Source: Tubiluchus corallicola (Eukaryota > Animalia > Priapulida). Taken from it: a stretch of DNA of 64,000 nucleotides. The notes under the pieces were generated by a model that worked only from the letters and a program-made list of their open reading frames with translations, did not search any database and was not told where the DNA came from. Below, one piece after another: positions 1 to 14,700 of this stretch. The translations under genes and the position numbers were made by a program. The DNA is taken from NCBI GenBank assembly GCA_030141605.1, contig JAQGDQ010000294.1:62001-126000 (forward strand), in the 5' to 3' direction. The stretch's first letter is position 1; every line of letters starts with the position of its first letter.

Positions 1-456
1 TCTATACTGTACGCTCTACCTACATAAACTGGTTGTATTTTTGTAAAAATTCACCATTGATGATGACACCAGTAGCTCTGTCGAAACGTTTGACACAATA
101 ATTTAACTATGTAAATTAAAAAGCTTTAACAAAGTTGTGGTGTCTTAATTGTTAATGAATTTTTTTTAAAAAGGTTTACTTTTTTCTGTGATTCTGATAG
201 TAAATTAACCAGTTTTATTAGAGAAAAACATAAGCATACCAAACAAAGCAAAGTAAACAAAGCAAAGTTGTCTTCCAATAAAAAAGCAACTTTTCCTTTC
301 TTTATTATGGAATTAGCGTGTCCAGCAATTTTATTATTTTGTTCACATCTGCCATTTTCTCGACTTGCCTTACATTTAAACTCAGGCTTTCAAGTAATTT
401 TTTCAAATACAAAAATCAAAAATTCTGATGACAATAGTACCAATTCTACCTCTTAC

Positions 457-582
457 CCAACAAAATTTATGTTCATAATCTGATCAGACGTTCCACATTT
501 AATACAAAAACAAGCAAATGCCGGTTGCTGATTGGTGAATGGACGGAGCATACCCGGTATCCTCTGCACAACATTTTGGTAC
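457..582 (-). CDS. USPL1: USPL1-like coding exon 4 (YQNVVQRIPGMLRPFTNQQPAFACFCIKCGTSDQIMNINFVG)
   Basis: ttttag acceptor at 583-588, GG|gtaaga donor at 456, phase 2-2; contains second CxxC of the C98 zinc site. Confidence 0.75.
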
Positions 583-3500
583 CTAAAATCATAACAAGCA
601 TTGCATCATTAAGTTCGTCCAAAATGTGAATATACACAAAGAATCTATCACTTTGAATACAGGTGAAAATTAGTTGGCAGATCCATTGATAAAAACCGTT
701 TTTTTCTTTTCTTTGCATTTCAATTAATCTTTTTGAAGCACAGCTCTAGCATCCTTCCAAAAAAGTTCAGTAAAAAGCTCTAAAAATTGAAACACAAATG
801 TTGTTCCGTCCGTGCGTTAGATCTAGCATCCACCTATTGTCACATGTTTGAACACTAATGTGTAAAAGAAATATTGAACTGTGAATGAACTTATAAATTT
901 GCCAACAAGTCAACAAATATCGGTGGTGGATTTAGGAGGTGGGCCCAAGTGGCCTAGCCCCCTTTTCACAGTAGCAATTACAACACATTAAATGAATATC
1001 ATCTCATCACATCATGGCCTTCATCAGTGAAGACAAATTTAACACTGAGTACGAGAGCTCTAGCAAAGTGTCCGAAAATTGAGAGTCGTTTAATCTTAGG
1101 CCTATCTAGAAGCAGAACATGTTGGAACTGGGTGGTAATAAGTGCAATTAGACTTTCTTCACTACAGTAATCACAATACTCGTTACTTGTGCGGTGATTA
1201 AAATTTAATACCTGTAAAAATCACTTTTTTCAAAACACGTGAAAGTTATGTACACAGTATACCAATATATTGGTGTGCAACTGAGCATCATAAGTTAGAG
1301 GTGACAAATTAGTAAACTTGCTTGAGGAAATAGTTTCTAATGGCCTAAAATGCAGTAAAACACACAGGCAGCTGGGCCACAGACACTCTAGCTGCTTGTT
1401 GGGCCTATCACTTTTTTATTTAAAACGTGTATCCGCCCTGCATACAAAACTGTAGTGGTTTTTTGGAAACTGATTGCATCTTAGAAATTGGGGGTGTTGC
1501 AACAGACAGAAATTTTGGAGAAAGATACCAAAATTATCCGTACCAATGACTCGTTCTAGACAGATGTTCCTTGAAATTTGTCATCAAATAAAACTGACAA
1601 AAAAGTGAAAGTAAAAGTAAAAGTTACCCACCTGTTTGACATCCGGTAACAACACTTTCTGCATACCAGCTGCCATTTTGAAGTCTGAACAAGTTGCTCT
1701 TCTAGCGAGCCGTGAGACTCCAACAACTTCTCAAACGACTCTTCAATAACGGTTTTATGACTAGCCCCGACGTGGAGGACGTCCCTCGCTTTACGTGTGG
1801 CGTTGGAGAGCATTTTAGCCAAGCTCTCTACACGGGCAACAGATAAACAACTTCCGATGGTATTGATGGTTTCAGGAGTATGAAGGATTACATTTCTTTG
1901 ATTCTTGTTAGCAGAATCACTGAGAGTCACCTCCTTTGATGAGCGTTCTGTTGGTGAAGAATAAACATGAAATGCGGAGCCGTTGCAGCTACCACCATGT
2001 ACAGGCGACGTGATGACCGGCGGCAGTATGGGAGTGGACTTCTCAACCTTGTCTTCCACGTATCCCTGATGAATGAAACCCGGCGCCTGCAACGCTGCAG
2101 TTGAACAATGCATGAGGTGTTTGTCAGTTGGAGACAGGATGCTCTTAAACTCCGTTCCATCAGTTGACCTTCCATCACTAGATGTTACCGACACTCCTGT
2201 ACTGTTGAGGTCACTAACAGGTGACGGAGCTCCAGATGGTGGCGGCTGAGCAGTGACTGTCTTTAACCATTCTACAAACACATAAATGTAAGGTATAACA
2301 GCCTGAGCATATATAAAAATAGTGTACATATACAGGACATACTGCAAAAGTTTACTAGCTTCACGAAGACTGAAAAACTGCGAAGACAAGATCGCTTCAC
2401 ATCATTAATGTATCAGACTAAAGAAGTGAAATATTGATCTAAAAATCAGCTAATAATATGAATGTCCACTTTTGTTAGTAGTAATAAATGGTAGGTTATA
2501 ATTGGCAGAATGTGCTATTGAAAACTTTTCCCAATCTTTCCTGAAATTTGCATGGTGTTTCATATCATCATTCCTCATAACATAGTTACAGACAAACTAA
2601 GTTATGGGCCATTTAATGAAATTTAATTACAGTATAATTATGAAATTTAATAAAATCTAAACTGATACTTTATTGTAAACAGTGAAACAGCAAAAATGCA
2701 TGGGAAGTAATTCAGTATAAAACACCAACAATAATTATTATCCTTGACATCACCATCATCAGTCATCATCATCATCATATCATCAACATCATCATCATTC
2801 ACCAGCAAATGATCAGCAAACTCACACTGCAATAATGTCATAGTCAAATAAGTTTTGACTAATTGGCAGGAAGAGTGGCTCTGGGATGCCTTTTGTAGCC
2901 CTATTCGTACCAAATGCACGTGTTACTCTAACTTTGAGACGTTTCACAAAATCACAATGGAGATAATGCAATGACTACTGCACAGAATTCCATGGAACGT
3001 GCACTTGTAACTTTCAAATGAGAAATGGTCACATTTGCAGGCCATTACTTTCAATGGTCTGCAATGTCGAGTTCATACAAATGAAACTGTCAGTGTTTTC
3101 TACAGTTGCAGTAAGCCTGTCATCAATGACAGTAATTTTCTTACTGTGTGCAAAGACTCGCATTAATGTTGTGTTACAATCGTTGCTCAGTGTAGAAAGT
3201 GGCAGTTTGCCTCAGTTCACCGTAGCTTGCTTTAGTTAGTGTGTGCCCATGTGTGGACAACATCCATAGCTTGCTTTAGTCAGTGTGCCCATGTGTCGAC
3301 TACATCCATAGCTTGCTTAGGTTAGTGTGTGCCATGTGTCGACTACATATCAGCCTCTCAGGCCTATACAGATACTCTTATATCTAATGCTAAGCTTCAG
3401 AAAGACGTTAAAGGTAAACGCACAAAAATATTTTGACTTCTGGGCTGGTGCAGAAGTGTCAGAGATGCGGTAGATTTACATATTTTTAGTTGAATCACCG

Positions 3501-5741
3501 CAGTGGAGGTGAATCAATTCCACATTTTAGCTCCTAAATGTGTGTTTAATGTCGTAGCAAAATATCACAATCTTAAGTGCAATATAATGTTCCATCAAAT
3601 ATTTACAAGAAAAATAATAATACTAAAATACAATACAAAGTTAAATGCATGTGTCTCTAGTGGTAATTCTGTTAGTAGCGTATTCACAGAATTAGACTTG
3701 AACCAGCAGTTGCCCCAAGCGAACAGTCTAAAGCTTTAGACTGTAATGCTCTTCACCACATGTTAGCTAAATCTAAGTCTTGGGAACTGGCATTCTGACG
3801 TTGATTAATGGCTCGTTCAAACAACTGAGTTTTCTCGCCATATAAACTCGCTTAGTAAGTCGCAAGCATGTTCAGACAAGACAGCAAAACTTGCTACGAG
3901 TTAATATCCGATAGTAAGTGCGAGTTGACACTTCTTTCACTATTCACTGCGAGAAGTGTCGAGTGTAATTCCCCTAGGCGTTCACACTGGACAGTAACCT
4001 GCAGGAAATAACTCATGGCACTGTCGGAGAGTTTGCAATAACTTGCGGACAGAACTCTCGAAGCAGAACTGATATACACATTTTTATGTTCTTTGTGTGC
4101 TATTTTACTGTGTTTGTACTGTTATGCCTAAATAAATAACATAAAATGTAATCTAATATAAGAATGATGATAATTTTCATTTAGTTTTATGAACGAGAGC
4201 ATTGGGAACGAATTGTAATATTTTTGGTAGTATACAAAATTACACTAAAGATTGCTTGACCCTTGAAAAAGATCTGCACATTATTATGAAAGTCTTACTG
4301 ACAGGTATTGTGCAATTACAATTACAATTACTAGTAAGCTGCAATTCTACCAGCCCATGTTTTGAATGGCGGGCCAAATACGTGAATGGCTTGCTCCTGC
4401 ATGCGCTTTAGCCACGTGATTCGTAATGTATTCACAATAATATTCTTCCCGCGATTGATGATAATCGTGAAAAGGTCAAAAGTTATTTGTATCTAGCAAC
4501 ATTAGCAATGGGTTGTTTACATGGACAATGCCACACTTTTGGTTGAAGAGACATTCATTTACATTGCTGCTTCTTTGTTAGGTGCTTTTGGAAAAGCCCA
4601 TCATATTAGGTTAAATAGACAAACGATTCAGGTAAAAGTTTATCTGTTACACAGAGTATTGTGCATGTAATGAAGCCCTGAAAGGCTTATGAACTTTGCA
4701 ACTACATGCACAACTGCAGTTTAGAGCTATACACATGATTACTCTTACAGTGAGTCCAGACTAGCGAGTTTGTTCGCTAAGTAAACTCGGAAGCTCGCCA
4801 AGTAACTTGCAGTGTAGTTAGACTACAAAGCATCAACTCTCAAGAACTATCAGGCAGTTTGTAAAAACCTCCAACAATAACTCGCAAACTCATTCACACC
4901 TGCAAGTTTACTCTCAGAGATAAGTGCTGTTGAAAGTTCACAGTGTCACATCTTGTCGACATGCGCATCAGCATTGCATGTTGGTCACTATTATCAAAGA
5001 AATGTAGAAAAGTAATAAGCAAGGCAACATGCTGTCCCTAGAAAATGCGTTGTTATTTATCAATTTATTCGGAAGCACTTCCTAACATTTAAGAAATGAG
5101 CTCAGCAGCAGATTTCATAGCCACAATAAGTAATCAGAACTTATCAAATCTGCAGGGTATTAAGGCCAGTGTGAAGCTTACTTAATAAATTTTAATTTTG
5201 TAGCCAAGGTGGCTCCATCTAGCTGAGAAGGATGGTGTGGGCATTGACCTAGTTATGTTTTAATTATGCTGTTCTGTAGTATATGTGAATATGTGTCTTG
5301 TGCAAGCTAGCGAAATTTATCATTAGATATATGTTGCAACGATGTAAGTTTACTGCTATTAATTTCTAACGAGAGTCCCACCAGACACCGCAAGAACGTT
5401 TTTTCCGCATGCTGTTTGATCAAAATTTGAAAAAATCACGAGTTGTGTCTGGGAAAACACCCGTTGCGGGATGCCGTGGTCCTCTCGCGAATTCTAATAT
5501 GCATACTACACCCACCGCTGAACGGGCTATCTATCCATAGTCAGCACCACCCTCGGCCCGTTCCAGTTCTTCAGAAATAAGTTATAAGTTTTGCAAAAAA
5601 TGGCCGAAAAATGGCCCCCGTTCGTCCTGGTGGGCCCGATTCGAAAAATATAGTATCAATGGCACGACACTAGATCGAGACCTTTCTTTTGATATACAGA
5701 TCGCCGCAAATGGTGCCGTCGTCCGGGCTGTAACCTCGAAT

Positions 5742-5785
<44 letters not shown>

Positions 5786-8700
5786 GCCCATACCAAGAAT
5801 ATTAATATAATAGATTTGATTTATTCATTGACATTTTTGAAAGGACTAAATAACTGTCAATCTAACTAAACTATGTAACTTTTCATAAAATTAGCCAATG
5901 TCAGTCACTTTTACTTTTCTATTTTAATTTTTAAATATTGCAGAAATAAAGATCAGTGGTTTACATGAAATTCAACTGAGACTTTTCAACATTTGTCATA
6001 AATGTCTCTCAGATACACTAACACAAGGTTTTGGATTGTTTGCACTTGCTGGTGTATTACCTGTACTGGTGACAAAACTGCACAGTTATTGAGGAGAAAT
6101 GCTAAGCATGTATGTAATACTAATGCAATGTGTCTTAGTAACAATTTAAGTAAACTTCAGTTTGAAAAATTGTCATGTGTCTCGTTGGCTTCAGTCAATT
6201 TAGTTGGGTAATAGTTTGTAATATTTGCAAGTTTTGCAAACTACTGAATGCAGGTTGCAAGTTCAAAATCACTATTTTCTCCCTCTGGTAAGCATTTTTG
6301 ACTAACGCAACCATTACCAAACTAAAAAGCTAGAAGACACCAAGGCTAACCAGTGAGTGGATGGCTCAACCGCTTGGACTCTTGCCCTGGGTGGTGGTTT
6401 CATATGCCGCGCTGATTACACCTGTTTATGGAAGGATGCATACACATCTGAGCATACCTGAGATACATCTGCTGGTTCAGTGGCTCATCTTAGCGGAACA
6501 GCAATGATACTGAATCAGGTCTGAGTTTTACCTAGAACGTTCAATTTCAGCAAAACCTGCCTGTGAAGGCTGGATTCTGCCTTGTAGGATACCGAATTGT
6601 ATAGAAAATAATGGTGCCATAAATCTAGAGTACAAAACATTACATATGCACACCGCACTAAGACACGCAAAGCACAAGTGATGTTTAACACAAAATCACA
6701 AACACTACTTAATACAAAGCAGCCATGCCGTTATACAATTTTGACTATACAATCACCAAAACCTGTTCGCCATAGCAAATTGGTGATCATCATATTGCTT
6801 GGTATCAAGACTGGATAGTGAATATATAATAAATTGATTCCACATGAAGCAATCTTCTGCTTATTTACTGTCAAACTTGTACAACGACAAACTGTTTTTG
6901 CACAGTTTGCTTGCTGTTTAGACAGTGTTTGTTACTTTTGGATAAGCATATCAGTTGTTTGAGCTTCCCGTTTGAGTTAGGTTAGCGCTACGCACAAGTT
7001 TCAGTTTGTTCACTTGTAGGTGAGTAGGTGACGAATTATTTGTAGCTGCGTCCAGATCTTCACTAAGCCAAATGTTGCAATTCCATTAAAAATGTAGAAA
7101 GAGACTGGCCAGTCTACTTGTTCTCGCCATTTTAAAAGTCAACTGGCCCAGAAGTTGTTCCTGACATTGGGCTTTCAGTGGCTAAACTACAAGAAGTCAC
7201 ACCATTCACGAAACCATCAAGAGTAAATGGTATACCCAGTATACCAACATTATTTTGCATTCTGGCCCATATTTTGCAAGTCTGTTGAGAAACATCTAAA
7301 GGCATTTCTGTCTAGAAACCATTTTACTACTCCTGTACAAGCAATCTGACATAAAGCTTCACCAAACTTCAAATGTTCTACTACCTTACTCTTCACATTC
7401 ACAACCCAAATAAATCTTATCTCACAGCACCACAGTGACACAGACATGTATTAGTTAATGAATTCCTTGAAAAGAGCATTACGTTTAGTGATGGTCTGTT
7501 TTGATCATACTGATGGAAGCACTGTACAGTGGAGAAAAAACTGCTGTATAAAATCATTTATGAAGACATCTCTTGAGTTGCATTTGATAATAAAACAGTG
7601 TTTGATTGCAGCGCAAACATCTTTTGGAGTTGCCATGGACTAGTTCAGCAGACACGTCTCATCAAGTGACCAAATCAGTTAGACCAATATACACAACCAG
7701 CACACGCCACTTTTAAACAACCTTTCTCATACACAAAGGCTCTGTTCACTACTCATCCCACTACTATCGTACATTGATCCATGTTTAAAAAATAAAAAAA
7801 ACTGCAGAGGAAATGACAAGAAACAGTTTCAAGGATTCGAAGGAACACAAAATGAGGCTAAAAGGAAATAGTACCAAAACGTGAAATAAAAAAAACATTA
7901 AGGGAATTTTGACAAAAAACTCTGTCGGTTGTAACTCCAAGCCAGCAACAATCCAATTATGCAGTAGTTTGCATTCGGTAATATTTAGTACACTGATTAA
8001 AATCTTAACTATATGCCGGTTGCCATTTGAATAAACTGTACCCTAGCACTTCTTAAATGCATTCTTGTAAAATTATTGTTATGAAGTGTTTAAAACATTT
8101 TCTGAACCGAAACATTTCAAAACAGGCCACGCTTAACAATGTCAGAATGACTAGCAAAACAACGTGGCAGTAAATATGTAAGAGGTATCTAAATACTAAG
8201 TGTAACCTTCTCTTGTTAAGGGAGAACCATACCAGCCGTTTAAATTGCATGTAATTTGAATAGTTTTATGCACTGGCTTGAAGTTCGGAGTGTGTTACAT
8301 ACTTACCTAATGTCGAAACCATCTTCTGCTGCATGTTCATAGGCACTCTGGTCACATGACCAGCAGTTATTATGTTGTTGTGTGCAATGCTAGGCCCAAC
8401 CTGAGTGTCAACTTCGAGAGAAATAATAATAATGAGATAATGAGCATCATACAATATGTACATGTAAATATCACTACTGAATATAGATGAATCAAATATT
8501 CAGAAATCGCATGACTTTCAGTTCGTTAAATAGCTTACAAACAAACAATAGTGCAGCAGCTACAGATATTTTTAACAAGTCAAAGCAATACATCACAAAT
8601 TTAAGAGTAAAGAGTATTATTTCTCGCAAATGCCAATACATGCTAAATCTGTTGAGAGTTGACAGAAAATGTGGCCATACTCGAATTACAAAGGCACAAC

Positions 8701-11700
8701 ATAAAAACACATTCAATTTCTTACAATCAAATGTAATTTACTGCTTTCTGCTAAATTCTTTTGAAACTAAGCAAATCCAATCACTTAAGCAGGAAAGTTT
8801 AATATAGTTTAACATCAACTAGTGATGCTGGTTGACCTTGAAAGTTAAAAAGATGAATGAGCACATTGTTTTTGGTTTGAGCTTTGCATAATATGGAATA
8901 ACTGTTTGGCACACGATACACATACATGCCCTGCCGAATTTCAATGCATTTAATGAAACTTCAGTGCGTAGTGATAGCTGCCATACCATTGTTTCAATTC
9001 ATCGCTTTAAGATATATAAGAATTGTATTATTTCAGTAAAATGCCCATTTACTAACAATAAAGTTACAATTATAAACAGGAAATGCAGAAATACAATTAA
9101 AAAACACACCGTAATGTTTTTGATACAACATTATATAAAAGTCATTTCATGACATCTATTAGCTAAACAATAAAACAATCTTACTTAATTAACAAGAATT
9201 TAAGCTGGTTAGACAGAAATGCAAACTTGTAACATTACGTAACATTACACAATCGTTCCAAGATTGTACATTGTAATAGCTATAAAGAATTGAGTGAAAA
9301 GATTTAATTAATGCAATTTTTGCATGATCGTACAGTGCTGGTCTCGACCAATCCATTTGTCAGGCTTTATATTGCATCTGCTGTTGTTCAGATATAAGTA
9401 GTCTTCATGATGATAAACTGTGCTTTTAAAATGTTTTTCTGATATAAAAAATGGTTTAAAGCAATTTTGTGAAGCCATTTTGCTAACCTCTCTTGCCAAA
9501 AAGCACGAAACTTGCAAACTTAGTCCCAGAGCCAAATAAACATTGCAAGAAATTGTTCAGATTGGGGAAATTTATTGGTCAGTTTTGTCACGACATTATC
9601 TATGCTGTCAAGCTCGAAGAGCTCTACAAAACCCGTGTACCAGGGTCAAATACTACTGTTCTTTAGTGTGCTGGTAAATACTGGAATTTTTAAGGACATT
9701 CATGATGCTACTCAAGTTACTGCAGCATTCTGGAACTAACATGGGATGATACTGATTCAAATGTACAGACAGAAACGCTGATACATTTTTAGACAATCTA
9801 TCTTACTTACTAACAAAATAACCTAAGACTGCTTTACTTATATTGTATCTTCGCAATATCGAACTTGACAAATGGAAAAAGTAAATCACCATATCCAAAC
9901 ACACTGCCAGAAAATGTCAATCTATTTTGTCACATTAAGCTTATTATTAACTTCCTCACAAAGTCTTACACATTTAATGATAACAGGCTAGTTTGCATGT
10001 CCTAAATGACAACCTGTTACTAGCACGTTTGCCAGAAGCCTCAGTTATGCAAACTATATTTAAATGTACTACTAACAGTCTACTAAATGTACTACTTAAA
10101 CTCTGGTTTCAATGCAATTTTGCAAATTGAAAGAAAACAGTTCTGATATTCCGTGCATATGAGCATATCGATATACTCAAGCGTCTGGTTTTGAACATAC
10201 GGCCAATTTATCAAGGTTGTTATGATTAATTTGTTTGTTTAATTGGTATCGATGTGTAACGGAAAAAGATAAATTTGACACTTTCAAAAACGCACATTTT
10301 CTTCGAGTTTTGCAAAACAGCTAAAATAGACAAATGGAAACGTGGGGGTTTTAATATTCAGAAATTGTTTTATCATTCAAGCAATATGAAGCTCTGGGCA
10401 TCAGGAGGTACTTTCAAACATCTTTACTTATGACAACCGAGACACCAATGGTTGCCTTAATGTTTTGAATGCTTTCTTTCAAAAACATTGAGGGAAAAAG
10501 AATATTTATAATATAGAATGAAATACACAATATGTCTGTGTATCATCTAACATATGATATGATGAATTTTGGAATTAAAGCGGGCCAACAACATGACAGC
10601 TGGCCTTAACGACCATGATTAAGTTTGGTTTAACTGTTCTTGCCTTTCAATCCAATGATAAAAAAGACATCCGAGGCTGCAAACCCCGACTCTGCAAGCG
10701 CTGTGCTCAGGTAAAAAAACTGCACATGGCCAGTGTGAAATTATTGGGAACCACCGATATTTCGGACAGCTCAGTTGAATAAGGGGTTTAAGCTAAGGCT
10801 TTGTTAGAAACATACTACACGCACTAAGAAAGCCTGTCAAGTCTAATAACTTTAACGAACAGGATAAAATGGTGCTGCCGTTGATGAGAAAAACAAATCT
10901 GACAAGACAAGTCAATCCTGTTCACAACCCAAAATAGATTAACTTACAAAAGACACCACCAGGTTATCGTCCCAGCATGGATTATGGTTTGTAACATTAC
11001 TTCACAATGGCACTCTACTGCAGGGTACCAGTAGATGTCAGCACTTACTTAATATATGGTTGTGCAGGGACTGGAGCGAGCCTGTCTGTGTTGAGAACAT
11101 GAACTAGCAAATGTTTCATGCATGTTGTAATGCACAGAAATGGAGCACGTCAGATCCCAGCTATTCCTTTATTAATCAGGACTCAGCACTGCTTAACTTC
11201 ACAGACAAACACGCAAAGTCACTTCTCAGCTATTGTATGGCACAGAAGAAAGATGTATATCTCGTTGAGTGCTGATTTGTAGGACGCCAAAGTGTGCAAT
11301 AAAAGAGCAATGCTGTGAGCAAAATTATGACGACATTGACATTTATTATCGCCCCCTTCACATCAGCCACATAAGCTCTCAGCTTTACTTGCTTCACAAT
11401 CATTGACCATTTCTCCATATTCATGGCAAGCAAAGAAGATGTGAAGGCAAGATCATGCAAGTCAGAACAGTTAAAGACAGACGTTGAGTTTAAAGCTCAA
11501 ATGTGAACAGCCAATAAATAACCTCTAGCCATTTTTGGTGGACAGATAGGCAGACGAAATTGACAGCAGTACTGCCACTCAGTTTTATCTGAATAAGCTA
11601 CAATTTTCAGCCAAAGACGAAAAACAACTTAAAATTGTGCCTCGGAAATATGGAAAAGCGTCGATACCTTCCTTTTACTCGTCATCTGAAGCATCGAAAT

Positions 11701-14700
11701 TTAGTAACTGTCAACGGGTTAATTGAGATGCTTGTGCATATCTAGAGGTCACCCTAAATCAAATTTTTATACCCAATGTTTCTGCTTGTGCACTTGTTTA
11801 CCAGCATCACAAAGCAGAACAGAAGACAAGATGCTCATTTATCATCATCGTACCATCATCATTGCCATCACCATAGTCATGATCACAATCAAGATTATTA
11901 CCAAAACCATTGTGCTCATCAACACTGCCTCAATCGTACAAACAGGTATGCTAGAGAATGAGTATGCTTGAGAACAGGTATGCTAGAGAACAGGTATGCT
12001 AGAGAATGGGAGACTATGACTGAATTCATTTCACAGTCATAGAACTTTTAGAACTACTGCCTTTTCAATAATTAATTTGCATAGTTGGACGAAGTACTAC
12101 TGGGTCTGGAGGAGAAAAATAAAGGGGAGATTTCAAGCAATTCACCTCTGAAACAGGACTTTCTGGCTGCCTTCCTAGTTCAACTTCTTAATTGCATACC
12201 TGGTCACGTATTGGAGGAAATAAGACTGCCGAGTGATGGGTTAGTCACCTGTCCTCCTTATGTGCCAAGGCTTTGCAAATTGAAGTCATAACCATCTATT
12301 GCAACGCTAGACATGTCTAGCAAAGGGACTTTCTTCATTCTTCTTCAAGCAAACAAAGTGGTGAAATTACAGGTGACCTAGGGTAGGTGTTTCTCGGTCA
12401 AGAGTTATTTTGTCCATCATCATAATCAAGGTCATCATCACTACTTACATCATCATTGCCACAAATGCCTTCAAGGCATCAAGTTAAGTGAGCAATTTAT
12501 AAAATATTACGCATCTGCTCACGTACAGGAGGGGTAGAGAAATGTGGCTGAGCGAATAGTTAGCCGTATGTCCTCTTTGTCATGTGCCAAGGCTTCATAC
12601 ATAGATGCTCTAACCATCTATCCTAATGCTAAACAAGTTTGGCAGGAGGCCATTCTTCTTTCTTCTTCTTCAAGCAAACAAAGTGGTGAAGCCATAGATG
12701 ATGTAAGATAGGTCAAGAATAATATTGTTCATCATCATAAACATCATCATCATCATCATTTTCCTCACCATCTTTACTACTGGATAACAAGTAAGTCACA
12801 TAAAGAGATTACAGGCAAAGGTTTCACAACTTGTAACTGGATTTGATGAAATTGCAGACGGTCAACGTGGTTTCCTTAGCTCTGAAAACTTGAAAAATGC
12901 AACGCGTTTGGGAAGACAAACTTACAAGATTTGTAAAATGAGGACCTTCAGAATATTCGGTATTCAGTATGAAGCAAGTGTCTTCAAGTACTCAAATCCT
13001 ACTAGGAGAACACACTTGATGCCAACACAGGCGTATCAATACAATCAAAGCTCAATGACTCAAGGTTGATCACAGAACTTTTATTGTTTAGCAATCAATC
13101 TGGCATAAAAAAGTGCCAATGTCTGATCATATATTCCGACAAACTGAAAGTGTTAACCATAAGTTTAACATGTGTAACGTGTTATTGTGTGTGTGTGTGT
13201 GTGTGTGCGTGTGCATGTTGTGTGTGTGTATGTGTACACATGCGCACACGTGTGTCATAATTATGCTTATGACAAATGCTCGTTAAAATGACATTTACTG
13301 TGTAAATGTACACCAGTATTGTATACATACTAAACTTGTATATAAAACTCTATTATCATTTTTAGCAGTCTTAAAACATATCTCTGCAAATAAGAGGGAA
13401 TTCAGTATTGTAAGTAGTTTTTTAAAATAACAAACAAAAGCACATTTAAGCATTTCATCGTGCCTTTCATAACACAATCAAAGCATAAAAACATCTTGAA
13501 AGTTATCTTCATTCGGTGATTGGTTTGGTCAGAAAAACTCTCAAAGTATATGTTTTCATACTAATTTTAAAAATTTTGATTCAACACTCCAAGTGCATAG
13601 CAGAAGACTGTAGTATATGGAGGCAAAAATTTATGAAGCTGCTGCTATTAATGTTGTTTTTGTTGATGATGATGATGATGAAGATGATGACATTTTGTTG
13701 CTCTTTAGTTGCTGTTCTTGTTATTCTTATTGTTGGTCCCATTACTGCTGTTGTTGTTATCGCTATTGTTATTGCTATTGTTGTTCCCATTGTTACTTTT
13801 GTCGTTACTGTTATTCCTACTGTTGTTACTGTTCCCATTATTGCTGGTGTTGTTCTTCTTGTTATTACATCATCATCATTGTTTTTATTAAATAAAACGA
13901 CTATTCTAACAAGGGCGGGAACGTTATTGTGTACGTTCAGTGCCATCTTTGCCAAGGTGAATAACCTCAAAAGAAATAAAGGAGACAACAGGTATGGAAT
14001 ATAAGTGGCACAGGCTTCACCTGTTAACTATATATAGGATGCAGTGTATGTGTAACAAATGGTAACTAAATGACTCTGTAACCTTCGGTTACTTATCACC
14101 AATTGTTTGTGTCTTCAGTTTGTTTGTTTGGTGCTCCGGTATCTCAAATAAATTTGTCTGTCTGACAACAAAAAATCGATATTCTCGCAGAACGGCTACC
14201 AAGTGAATTGGAAAACAGGAAAAATAACGTGTCAGGTAATGTATGTGTCTATAAGATATTTAAAAAAGTAACAGGTGGGTTTTAATCAAATTTTGCAGTG
14301 GCGCAATGAGGCAGACGGATATTCTGAGAATGACCAAGTACGAGTTAGGAAAGAAACTTATTCTTAATGACACAATAAAACTGTGCGAGAAAAATTCTAC
14401 GAAATGACCGAATTAGCACGCTCCAAAAATTTACAGAAAAAAATGGTGCTTATCAAAAATAAGCTTACACTGAACGACATCACAATAAATAATTTTTTAA
14501 TTTAAGCAAGAAAACAAAAACTACTACTCTGCAGAGCCTTTGGCAGAGGCACATGGTTTAAACAGTGATCTTTTAGAGGGTGAAAACTGACAATAAATTA
14601 ATCAGTTAAAGGAGGACTGCGCTCTGTTAAAATACTAAAACACAGAAAAGGTGCATTTTGAATTTGACTGGTGGCTTAGCTGTCGTTCATAGCAGTTTAG

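Noticed and set aside
1556-2389. 277-aa single-exon gene
   Set aside because: Both ends translate intronic sequence; the real exon is 1632-2271
7935-7960. CCWL motif as the missing USPL1 catalytic box
   Set aside because: In-frame stop immediately upstream, no WxN motif, no suitable splice sites
8307-8400. USPL1-like exon with a strong donor
   Set aside because: Weak acceptor, stop codon in the required phase, no homology
13516-14004. Hydrophobic, Cys-rich or poly-Leu ORFs
   Set aside because: Trinucleotide low-complexity artefacts, as are those at 30580-30889, 35523-35932 and 40062-40732
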